A stretch of DNA of 62,974 nt, from assembly GCA_964615345.1 (NCBI GenBank), contig CAZTMR010000003.1, positions 3,322 through 66,295 of the forward strand, given 5' to 3'. The notes beneath the pieces are model-generated. The model worked only from the letters and a program-made list of their open reading frames with translations. It was not told the origin of the DNA and did no database searches. Origin of the DNA: an uncultured Dehalococcoidaceae bacterium. GTDB taxonomy: Bacteria > Chloroflexota > Dehalococcoidia > Dehalococcoidales > RBG-16-60-22. Below, in pieces: positions 48,677 through 56,929 of the stretch (position 1 is its first letter; each line of letters starts with the position of its first letter). The position numbers were made by a program, and so were the translations under genes.

Positions 48677-51007
48677 ATGATATCCCTGTCCAACCTGGCT
48701 TTACAGAAAAAAATAAGTTTGCTGGTCCTGGTGGGGCTGGTGGTGGGACTGGGACTCTTCAGCTGGCTGGGCATCCAATCGCTGAGAGAGAGTACGGACC
48801 GGGTGCTGGCGGAGCGGCTGACCATCGCCCGTATCATGGCGGACCACCTGGACGAAACATTGACCCACACCCTGACCCACCTGCAGAGCGCGGCTGGTCT
48901 GATTGACCGCCTGCCTCCGGGAGAGGGTTTCCACCGGGCAACCGATTCATTAAGGCAGATGTTTGCCGAATCCGGTATCCACATAAACGGCATCATCCTG
49001 GCCGATAAAAGCGGTGGCATCGTCCGGGTGGAGCCGGAAGATACCACGCTTACCGGGCCGGATATGTTCCGGGACGCAGAAATAAAGCGGGCACTGGGGG
49101 CGGGCCGGCCGGTCATATCCAACCTGGTTGCCAGCCAGCAGATAGAAATGCCGACGATTCTGGCGGCAGCCCCGGTCTACGATGGAGACGGTGACATCAT
49201 CGGGGTGCTGGCCGCCTCCATTGACGTGGAGCGGTCCGGTCTGGGCAGCTTTGGCCGCAACATCGAGATAGGCGATACCGGCTACACCGAGGTGGTGGAC
49301 GGCAACGGACTGGTCCTGGCCCGCAGTATGCCCGGTTCTCCGCCGGTGGCTTTCGAAAGGAGCGATCATCCCGGCCGCTTCGCCGAATTGATAGACGAAG
49401 GACAGGCGAGTGTCAGGACCTGCCACCGGTGCCACGAGGCGGAGGGGCAGGAGGTGGAAAGGCGCCGTGATGTGCTCGCTTTCGCCCCGCTCAGTTCGGC
49501 GACGTGGGGGGTAGCCATCCGCCAGGCGGAAGAGGAAGCCCTTGCCCCGACCCGGCAACTGGAGAGGAGGTTTCTCTTCCTGGGAGCGGCGGTCCTGGTA
49601 GGGGCCCTGTTGCTGGCGTGGGTAATGATGCGGGGAATCATCAGGCCGGTCAGGCTCCTCACCGCCGCGGCGCAAAAAGTAGCCGCCGGCAATTTCAAGG
49701 CGGCCGTTCCCATCAACCGCCGGGACGAGATAGGTCAGCTCAGCGATGCGTTTTCCACGATGACGGAAGAGCTCTCCATATCAAGAGACGAGCTAATGTC
49801 ACGTAACGAAGCCCTGTCCGCGCTCAACACCATCTCCGCCACGGTGAGCCAGTCACTAAACCTGAAGCAGGTACTGACCACCGCCCTGGAAAAAGTGCTG
49901 GAAGTTACCCGGACCAGTGCCGGCTGCGTGTTTCTCAGCGGTGACGGGGGCCGCCGGCTGGAGGTAGCGACCTGTATCGGGACGTCCAGGTTTTTCGAAT
50001 GCCGGGAAGCCGGCACGGCGGCCGCCGGTTGCGCCTGCCACCAGACGCTGAAGTGCGGGGAGACACTGCTGGTAAACCACGTCTCGCAGTGTCCCCGGTT
50101 CGGTGACGAGACCCTGCAGGAAACCGTTGATTACTTTGTCTGCGTTCCGCTCAAGTCCAGAGACAGGGTGCTTGGGGTTATGAATATTGCCGCAAGCGGG
50201 GAGCCCGGCTTCACGGAGGACGATTTCCACCTGCTCGACTCTATCGGCAGCCAGATTGGGCTGGCGATAGAAAACTCAATTCTTTACGAGGAAAGCAGGC
50301 AGAAAGAGCAGCTGCGGGGAGAGTTGCTGAACAGTGTCATCAGCGCCCAGGAAGAAGAACGCAAGCGGATTGCGCGGGAGCTGCATGACGATTACGGACA
50401 GACCCTGACCAGCGTAATCATGAGCATGGAATCGGTCGAGGAGATGCTCCCGGCGGGGAAATCAAAACTGAAAGAAAAGATAAGCGGCTCCCGGTCACTG
50501 GTGGCGCGCGCCCTGGAAGACATGCGCCGTTTGACCTTTGACCTGCGGCCCTCGGTACTGGATGACCTGGGCCTGAGCAGCGCCATCCGGGAATATGCCC
50601 AGAACCACCTGGAAGCAAAGGGCATAACGGTGAAATATGAGGGTAACGGTCTGCCGGTGAGACTGCCGGCGGCGGTGGAGACGGCGCTGTTCCGGATTAT
50701 CCAGGAAGCCATTCATAACATCGCCAAACACGCCGGCGCCACTCAGGTCAGGATGCAACTTTCCCTGAGTGATGGTAATATTACGGCAACAGTGGAAGAT
50801 AACGGCAGGGGGTTTGACGTAAACGCCGCTCTCAGGACAGATACCGGCCGACAGCCGATGGGCCTCCTGGGTATCAGGGAAAGGACGGCATTGCTCGGAG
50901 GCAGCTTTACCATCAGCTCAGAGACAGGGAAAGGAACTCGCCTGAAAGTGGAAATACCGGCGGGCCTATCCGCTTCCGGTCCCGGTGGCGGGAAAGAGAC
51001 CGGGTAA
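48677..51007 (+). CDS. Sensor histidine kinase: extracytoplasmic Cache-like domain (with CXXCH) - HAMP - GAF - HisKA_3 - HATPase
   Basis: TM1 at about aa 13-33 and TM2 at about aa 287-307. HAMP follows TM2, then a GAF-like region. H-box EERKRIARELHDDYGQ (NarX/LiaS type). ATPase motifs DNGRGF and GLLGIRER. Confidence 0.9.
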   Translation: MISLSNLALQKKISLLVLVGLVVGLGLFSWLGIQSLRESTDRVLAERLTIARIMADHLDETLTHTLTHLQSAAGLIDRLPPGEGFHRATDSLRQMFAESGIHINGIILADKSGGIVRVEPEDTTLTGPDMFRDAEIKRALGAGRPVISNLVASQQIEMPTILAAAPVYDGDGDIIGVLAASIDVERSGLGSFGRNIEIGDTGYTEVVDGNGLVLARSMPGSPPVAFERSDHPGRFAELIDEGQASVRTCHRCHEAEGQEVERRRDVLAFAPLSSATWGVAIRQAEEEALAPTRQLERRFLFLGAAVLVGALLLAWVMMRGIIRPVRLLTAAAQKVAAGNFKAAVPINRRDEIGQLSDAFSTMTEELSISRDELMSRNEALSALNTISATVSQSLNLKQVLTTALEKVLEVTRTSAGCVFLSGDGGRRLEVATCIGTSRFFECREAGTAAAGCACHQTLKCGETLLVNHVSQCPRFGDETLQETVDYFVCVPLKSRDRVLGVMNIAASGEPGFTEDDFHLLDSIGSQIGLAIENSILYEESRQKEQLRGELLNSVISAQEEERKRIARELHDDYGQTLTSVIMSMESVEEMLPAGKSKLKEKISGSRSLVARALEDMRRLTFDLRPSVLDDLGLSSAIREYAQNHLEAKGITVKYEGNGLPVRLPAAVETALFRIIQEAIHNIAKHAGATQVRMQLSLSDGNITATVEDNGRGFDVNAALRTDTGRQPMGLLGIRERTALLGGSFTISSETGKGTRLKVEIPAGLSASGPGGGKETG

Positions 51008-51030
51008 ACGGTTTTGAAGGAGGTACGGCG

Positions 51031-51690
51031 ATGGGCAAGATACGGGTACTGATTGCCGACGACCACGTGCTGGTCCGGGAAGGACTGCGGACACTCATCG
51101 AGGCGCAGCCGGATATCGAAGTGGTTGCCGAGGCCACCAACGGCGAAGAGGCGGTACGGCTAGCGGAGGAGGCCATTCCGGATATCATCCTGATGGACAT
51201 CACCATGCCGGGGACAAACGGCCTGGAGGCCACCCGCCGGATAAAACGGGACCAGCCGGAGATAAAAATCCTGGTACTGACCATGCACGAGAGCGACGAG
51301 TATTTCTTTAAAATACTGGAAGCCGGGGCGTCCGGCTATTTCATCAAGGGAGGGTCTTCCAACGAGCTTATTTCCGCCATACGGACGGTCTGCCGGGGTG
51401 AAGCCTTCATCTATCCGACGATGGCGAACAAACTTCTCAGCGATTATATGAAGCGGGTACAGACCGGACAGGATGAAGAGAGGTATGACGGCCTGACGAA
51501 AAGGCAGAGAGAAATCCTCAAGCTCATCGCTGAAGGGCACACCAATCAGGAGATTGCTGACCTGCTGGTGCTCAGCGTGGCCACCGTGCAGACCCACCGC
51601 GCCCACATAATGTCCAAACTGGAATTTCGCAGTCGCACCGAACTCATCAAGTACGCCATCCGGCACGGTTTTATCCGGCTGGATACTTAG
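51031..51690 (+). CDS. NarL/LuxR-family response regulator
   Basis: VLIADDH...LMDITMPGTNG...VLTM..., plus GerE HTH (LTKRQREILKLIAEGHTNQEIADLLVLSVATVQTHR). Confidence 0.95.
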   Translation: MGKIRVLIADDHVLVREGLRTLIEAQPDIEVVAEATNGEEAVRLAEEAIPDIILMDITMPGTNGLEATRRIKRDQPEIKILVLTMHESDEYFFKILEAGASGYFIKGGSSNELISAIRTVCRGEAFIYPTMANKLLSDYMKRVQTGQDEERYDGLTKRQREILKLIAEGHTNQEIADLLVLSVATVQTHRAHIMSKLEFRSRTELIKYAIRHGFIRLDT

Positions 51691-51848
51691 TTTCAAGTAT
51701 CCCCCCTACAATTTTCCGTTACGTCAGTTTCCGCAAGATACACACTCCACAGTACGCAGGTTCCCCTGTGCTCAGGATTTCCCGGCCCCGCGTTCCGTGC
51801 TAACCTTCCGGATATAAACCAGAGGAGAGCGCCCGGAGAGGTGTCATT

Positions 51849-52532
51849 ATGCCAAAGCAGTTTGCCAGGGTAATCGTGGCTTCAGAGCATCCCAGAATGC
51901 GGTACCGGTTGAAAGAGCTGGTGGAGGACGAGCCGGGGACGGTGGTTATCGGGCAGGCGGAAAACGCGGCCCGGGCGCTGGCTCTCGCCCGGAAGCTGAG
52001 GCCTGACTTTGCCGTCATCGATAGCTATCTTCCCCATGTGGTGGGAATGGATACCATTCCGTTATCACGTGCCGGCGGCCTGGACACGGCCCAGGTCATC
52101 TCTGAAGAGATACCGCACGTCAGAGTGATACTGCTGACCAACGCGGAAAAAGGGATACCTCCCGGCAGCAGTTTCAGGCAGGATGTCGCCCTGTCCTACG
52201 CGCGCAAAGAGCTGGAAGCCAGCGTTCCACTCAAGCTGCGGGAGCTTTACTGCGATACGGTAAAGCCCTGCTCGCTCGTCTTCGCCAATATCGAACCGCT
52301 GGCCCGGCCTTCTGACCGGGGAAAACTGGCGGAGATAAGCGGCACCGCTATTTTCCTGGGAGGCATCGGGGTTCTGGCCGGGCTGGGGCTTATTGCCACC
52401 CTGGTGCTGGCCCGGGCGGGGGGAATTATCGCGCTGGCCGGGGGCGCGGCCATGCTTTTCGGAATCGCCGGTAAACTGATTGCCGCGGTACGCTCCCGTT
52501 CCGCTCCGGGCGGGAATACCGGCGGCAGGTAA
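51849..52532 (+). CDS. Atypical receiver-like domain with C-terminal Gly-rich double-TM anchor
   Basis: REC-like layout (VIVASEH in place of DD, AVIDSYLP, VILLTN). It is followed by ISGTAIFLGGIGVLAGLGLIATLVLARAGGIIALAGGAAMLFGIAGKLIAAV. Confidence 0.6.
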   Translation: MPKQFARVIVASEHPRMRYRLKELVEDEPGTVVIGQAENAARALALARKLRPDFAVIDSYLPHVVGMDTIPLSRAGGLDTAQVISEEIPHVRVILLTNAEKGIPPGSSFRQDVALSYARKELEASVPLKLRELYCDTVKPCSLVFANIEPLARPSDRGKLAEISGTAIFLGGIGVLAGLGLIATLVLARAGGIIALAGGAAMLFGIAGKLIAAVRSRSAPGGNTGGR

Positions 52533-52601
52533 AACGGACCTAACCCCGCGGCAAAAGTCCGCCACGGCAAAGGCGCGGCAGAAAGGCCGAGACAGGCAGG
52601 A

Positions 52602-53084
52602 ATGAACGCAGCGCAAGTTCTCCACAGGTGTCCGGTTTTTGCCGAACTTACCCGCTACGAGCTGGGCAAGATAGCCGCTTTTGCTGCCCATAGAGAGTAC
52701 GCCGCCGGAGACACCATCTGCTGGGAGCAGGACAGTGCGGAAGAGCTCCTGGTGCTCGAGAAAGGGAAATTGGCGCTGCAAATGACGGTTCCGGCCACGC
52801 CCACGCAGAAAGCAAGGCAGGTAACCGTGGACGTGATTACCGACAATGAAGTGGCCGGCTGGTCGATAGTCGTCGAGCCGTTCGTCTACACTTTTACCGC
52901 CATCTGTCTCCAGAACACTTCCGTGGTGGCCATTAACGGCGCCCGGCTCCGGGAGCTATTCCGGAGGGACAGTCAAACAGGCTACAAGGTGATGAAGGGG
53001 CTTATCAGTGTGGTGGCGGCGCGGCTGGACGATACCCGGCGCCTGCTGCTGAGCGAACGGATGCAAACCCCCCGGGAAGATTGA
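52602..53084 (+). CDS. Stand-alone cyclic-nucleotide-binding-domain protein
   Basis: CPVFAELTRYELGKIA...YAAGDTICWEQDSAEELLVLEKGKL is a cNMP-binding beta-barrel pattern. At 160 aa there is no HTH or other output domain. Confidence 0.8.
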   Translation: MNAAQVLHRCPVFAELTRYELGKIAAFAAHREYAAGDTICWEQDSAEELLVLEKGKLALQMTVPATPTQKARQVTVDVITDNEVAGWSIVVEPFVYTFTAICLQNTSVVAINGARLRELFRRDSQTGYKVMKGLISVVAARLDDTRRLLLSERMQTPRED

Positions 53085-53183
53085 CCTCTTCCCGCGCGAC
53101 AAAAAAAGACGCTGGTGCGGAGAAGACACGGCGGTTTGGAGGTAGAGTGCCGTTTCCTTCGAAGTCAAGGAAAGGTTGAAGTC

Positions 53184-54083
53184 ATGAGTATAAACCGGCG
53201 GGAGTTTATCAAGCGGGCGGTCGGCGCCGTGGGACTAACGGCAGCGCTTTCCTCGCCGCTGATGCCGGTAATCAGAAAAGCGCGGGCGACCGGGGACGAT
53301 AGCGAAGGCGCCCCGCCCGAGAAAAAAAGAAAGTGGGTGATGGTCATCGACCTGAAAAAGTGCGATGGCTGCATCGGGCTGGGGATACAGCCGCAATGCA
53401 TGAAGGCCTGCATCCAGGGGCACTACGTTCCCAAGGGGCAGAAGTGGATAGAGATTTTTGAAGATGACCTTCCCGGAGGCGGCACCTATTTCCTGCCCAC
53501 TCCCTGCTACCACTGCGATAATGCGCCCTGCGTTAACGTTTGCCCGGTGGCGGCCACCTACCACACCGAGTCCGGGGTTGTCCTCATTGACCAGCGGCGC
53601 TGCATCGGCTGCCGGATGTGCATGGCGGCCTGCCCCTACCACCGCCGTTTCTTTAACTGGGGCACTCCGGAGCTGCCCCCAGAGGCGGCTCTGGCCGAGT
53701 ATTCCCCGGAACACCAGGTGCCGGCGATAAAGGGAACGGTCATGAAATGCGATTTCTGCCCTGACATGATGCAACAGGGCAGATTACCCTTTTGCGTAAC
53801 CGCCTGTCCCCGGAAGGTGCTCTACATGGGCGATTTAACGGACGACCTTGCCTCCAACGGGGCGGAGGTGGTGAAACTTTCCCGGTTTCTCGGTGATAAC
53901 GATGCCTTCCGTTACAAGGAGGGCCTGGGTACCCAGCCCAACGTCTATTATCTGCCCGGACACGGGCAGCTCTCCGGCAGAAAGCCCGAAGACGGGCGTG
54001 ATCTCTTCCCTACCACCTGGGACTGGGGAGGAAAAGGCTACGACCGAACTTTTAATTTCTGGCCGCCAGGGGAGGCGGAATAA
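53184..54083 (+). CDS. Tat-exported 4Fe-4S subunit (NrfC/PsrB/HmcB/DsrO family)
   Basis: Twin-arginine signal NRREFIK, and four Cys clusters (CDGC..C, CYHCDNAPCVNVCP, CIGCRMCMAACP, CDFC...CVTACP). ATG 53184. Confidence 0.9.
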   Translation: MSINRREFIKRAVGAVGLTAALSSPLMPVIRKARATGDDSEGAPPEKKRKWVMVIDLKKCDGCIGLGIQPQCMKACIQGHYVPKGQKWIEIFEDDLPGGGTYFLPTPCYHCDNAPCVNVCPVAATYHTESGVVLIDQRRCIGCRMCMAACPYHRRFFNWGTPELPPEAALAEYSPEHQVPAIKGTVMKCDFCPDMMQQGRLPFCVTACPRKVLYMGDLTDDLASNGAEVVKLSRFLGDNDAFRYKEGLGTQPNVYYLPGHGQLSGRKPEDGRDLFPTTWDWGGKGYDRTFNFWPPGEAE

Positions 54084-55492
54084 TGAGACCGCGGGTGGAG
54101 AGCGAAAGTCAGCGCCTGGAACGGACGGTGCTCAGCCCTCTGGAGCGGACGGGGACAGCTTACTACGTTTTTATTTTATTTCTGCTGGGCGTAGTGGCCC
54201 TGGGGGTATACGCTTACATTACCCAGATTTATTACGGTCTGGTAGTCACCGGGATGCGGGACACGGTCTTCTGGGGGCTGTACCTGGTAAACTTCGTCTT
54301 CTTTATCGGCATCAGCCACGCCGGAACGCTCATTTCCGCCATTCTCCGGGTGACCAATGCCGGCTGGCGGACTCCCATCACCCGCATGGCGGAATTGATA
54401 ACGGTGGTGGCGATATCCATCGGCGCCCTGATGCCGATTATCGACCTGGGACACCCGGAGCGGGTGTGGCACCTTATCGCCTACGGGCGCTTCCAGTCGC
54501 CGCTGCTCTGGGACATAATCTCCATCACTTCTTACCTGACCGGGAGCCTTATCTATCTTTACCTGCCGCTCATTCCTGACTTTGCCCTGATGCGGGACCG
54601 GCTGGCGCGGAGCACCTCTACCCTGAAGCGGAAGGTTTACTCCCTGCTGGCGCTCGGCTGGAAGGACACCCCCGAGCAGCGGCACCGGCTGGAGAAGGCT
54701 ATCGGCATTATGGCGGTCACCATAATTCCCATCGCCGTTTCCGTTCACACGGTGGTCTCTTACGTTTTTTCGATGACCCTGCGCCCCGGATGGGACAGTA
54801 CCGTCTTCGGCATTTACTTCGTCATCGGGGCCATCTTTTCCGGCATAGCTTCCATCCTCATCGTCATGGCCATCTTCCGCAAGTTTTTCCACCTGGAGGA
54901 ATACATTACCGAGCGTCACTTCAAAAACCTGGGCACCCTGCTCCTGGCCACGCTGCTCATTTACCTTTACCTTACCCTCGGCGAGTACCTGACGGTGGGT
55001 TACAAGCTGGAAACGGAAGAGGAACACCTGCTCACCCTGCTGATGGTGGGGAAGAACGCTTTCTGGTTCTGGTCATTTATCATCGGCGGGCTGGTAATAC
55101 CGGGGGCGCTGCTGCTGGCCCGCCGCGGGCCGGTCATCACCAGGGTGGTCACGGCTTCCGCGCTGGTAAACGTGACCATGTGGATAAAGCGGTTCGTCAT
55201 CGTCATCCCTTCTCTCCAGGTGCCGTTGATGCCTTTCGAGTTTGGCAGCTACACCCCGACCTGGGTTGAGTGGTCCATAACCGCGGCCGCTTTTGCCGCC
55301 TTTATCCTGATTTTCGCCATTTTCGCCAAGCTGGTGCCGCTTATTTCCATCTGGGAGGTGGCGGCAGAAAGCAAGGCCACCCCGGTAAGCCGCCTGAGCT
55401 CGCTCATCGAGCGCCTGGGGATGGCGCCGGGAGAAATCGAAAGCCTGGTAAACCGGCTTATCACGGAAAGGGGCGGGCGCCGGGAGAGGTGA
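54083..55492 (+). CDS. NrfD-family integral membrane quinone-interacting subunit (ActC/HmcC/DsrP-like, about 10 TM)
   Basis: GMRDTVFWGLYLVNFVFFIGISHAGTLISAILR motif. The TAATG overlap with the FeS gene suggests coupling. Confidence 0.9.
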   Translation: MRPRVESESQRLERTVLSPLERTGTAYYVFILFLLGVVALGVYAYITQIYYGLVVTGMRDTVFWGLYLVNFVFFIGISHAGTLISAILRVTNAGWRTPITRMAELITVVAISIGALMPIIDLGHPERVWHLIAYGRFQSPLLWDIISITSYLTGSLIYLYLPLIPDFALMRDRLARSTSTLKRKVYSLLALGWKDTPEQRHRLEKAIGIMAVTIIPIAVSVHTVVSYVFSMTLRPGWDSTVFGIYFVIGAIFSGIASILIVMAIFRKFFHLEEYITERHFKNLGTLLLATLLIYLYLTLGEYLTVGYKLETEEEHLLTLLMVGKNAFWFWSFIIGGLVIPGALLLARRGPVITRVVTASALVNVTMWIKRFVIVIPSLQVPLMPFEFGSYTPTWVEWSITAAAFAAFILIFAIFAKLVPLISIWEVAAESKATPVSRLSSLIERLGMAPGEIESLVNRLITERGGRRER

Positions 55493-55540
55493 AAATGTAT
55501 CCCGGGCCGTAATCCGGCCCGGTGAACGGAGACGAAAAAA

Positions 55541-56677
55541 GTGTCAAAGGTCAAATCAGGGCTTGCGGCATTGCTGGTGGCGTTTTTGTTCTGGGTGATG
55601 GCGGCGGCGGTTCTGGCCCAGGAAGAAGTGCCGGCGCCCTACGCCGGACAGGAAAACCCCTTTGCCTGGGATGAAGAAACGGCTATCTCCGCCGGCCAGG
55701 AAATCTACAAGAAGTCATGTCTGGGCTGCCACGGCATTGCGGGTGACAACCTTGCCGGGGCCGATTTCAGCGACGCCGATTACGCCCGCCAGTTAAAAGG
55801 CAGGCCAGATTTTTCCTTCTGGATTATCAGTGAAGGAGCGCTGGAGAGGGGTATGCCGCCTTTTAAGTCATCCCTCTCCGGAGAAGAGCGGTGGCAGCTG
55901 ATAACTTATTTGCCTGCGCTGGCCGCGGCGGAGCCTCCGCCCGAAGCAAAAGAGGACGGGGCAAAAGAAACGCCGGAGACACCTTCCCCGGCGCCGGAAC
56001 AGCCGGGGGAAGAGAAAGCAACCGAACCAAACACCCTGGCGATGGCGGCACCGGAACAGGTGGCCGCCGGAGAGCCGTTGATGGTCACCGCCTACCTCCG
56101 TGACGGTGAGGAAAAGCCGGTCAGCGGCGCCGAGGTAACCTTTTTTATCGAGGTGAACTTCTTTACCCGAGACCGGGTGGAGATAGGGCGGGCGGAGACG
56201 GACGAAGACGGAATGGCCGTTCTCCATTACACTCCCCGCCCGACGGGAAACCTGCAAATAGTTGCCCGCACCGGGGAAGCCGAGACCTCGGTACCACTGC
56301 GAGTCACCGGGGGTGACGGACCGCACCGGGCAGCGGAACTGGGCGTTCCGCTGCCCGCCCCCGGGGAAGAGGTGTTTATCGGCCCTGAATCTTCCCGGTT
56401 CCTGGATGAAAGCAGCAGCGCCCCCACCAGCGCCCTCCGGCTGCCCGGCGGTATCCTTTCCTGGCTCCTGCTGGTTATCTTAACGGTAGCTCTCATCTGG
56501 TTTACCTATTTTCGCGTCGTCTACCAGATGTACCGGCTCCCGGTGCTCCGCGATATCAGAGATACTGACACCAGGCTGTTGCCCAGAATAGGGATGGTTG
56601 TTGTAGTAGTCATCGGCGCCACGCTGGTGCTGATGATACTGACGGGGCCGTACAGCCATTTCCACACGCTTCCCTGA
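55541..56677 (+). CDS. Monohaem class-I cytochrome c fused to Pro/Glu linker, beta-sandwich-like domain and two C-terminal TMs
   Basis: Signal peptide, CLGCHG haem site with downstream GMPPF Met ligand, PPPEAKEDGAKETPETPSPAPEQPGEE linker, then hydrophobic helices at the C-terminus. GTG start with GGAG 9 nt upstream. Confidence 0.8.
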   Translation: MSKVKSGLAALLVAFLFWVMAAAVLAQEEVPAPYAGQENPFAWDEETAISAGQEIYKKSCLGCHGIAGDNLAGADFSDADYARQLKGRPDFSFWIISEGALERGMPPFKSSLSGEERWQLITYLPALAAAEPPPEAKEDGAKETPETPSPAPEQPGEEKATEPNTLAMAAPEQVAAGEPLMVTAYLRDGEEKPVSGAEVTFFIEVNFFTRDRVEIGRAETDEDGMAVLHYTPRPTGNLQIVARTGEAETSVPLRVTGGDGPHRAAELGVPLPAPGEEVFIGPESSRFLDESSSAPTSALRLPGGILSWLLLVILTVALIWFTYFRVVYQMYRLPVLRDIRDTDTRLLPRIGMVVVVVIGATLVLMILTGPYSHFHTLP

Positions 56678-56679
56678 CC

Positions 56680-56721
56680 GGGCCGGATAAGGAACCCCGA
56701 TGCCGCCGCCGGCCCTCTTTT
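56680..56721 (+). terminator. Possible terminator after the cytochrome gene
   Basis: GGGCCGG (56680-56686) / CCGGCCC (56709-56715) stem with a large loop, then TCTTTT. Confidence 0.35.
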
Positions 56722-56774
56722 CCCCGGGATACCCTCCCGAGTTCACCGTATGACGGTGAAAAACACACAATACT

Positions 56775-56801
56775 TTCATTCCATCTTCATAATACCTTCA
56801 T
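56775..56801 (+). promoter_or_regulatory. Three direct TTCAT repeats at 11-bp phasing (candidate OmpR-family regulator site)
   Basis: TTCAT at 56775, 56786 and 56797, in the contexts cTTTCATt, tCTTCATa and cCTTCATa. They lie about 130-155 nt upstream of the Gly/Met-rich protein gene. Confidence 0.5.
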
Positions 56802-56929
56802 ATCTGCCTGTTATTCTGAGAGTGTACGGGGGAAGCCGGGGATGAGCCAAAACCGCCGGGGCTGCTTACCGGCAATAATATTCACCTCCCGCACAGCGAT
56901 AGAAAGAAGAAGAAAGAGGAGGAAACATT

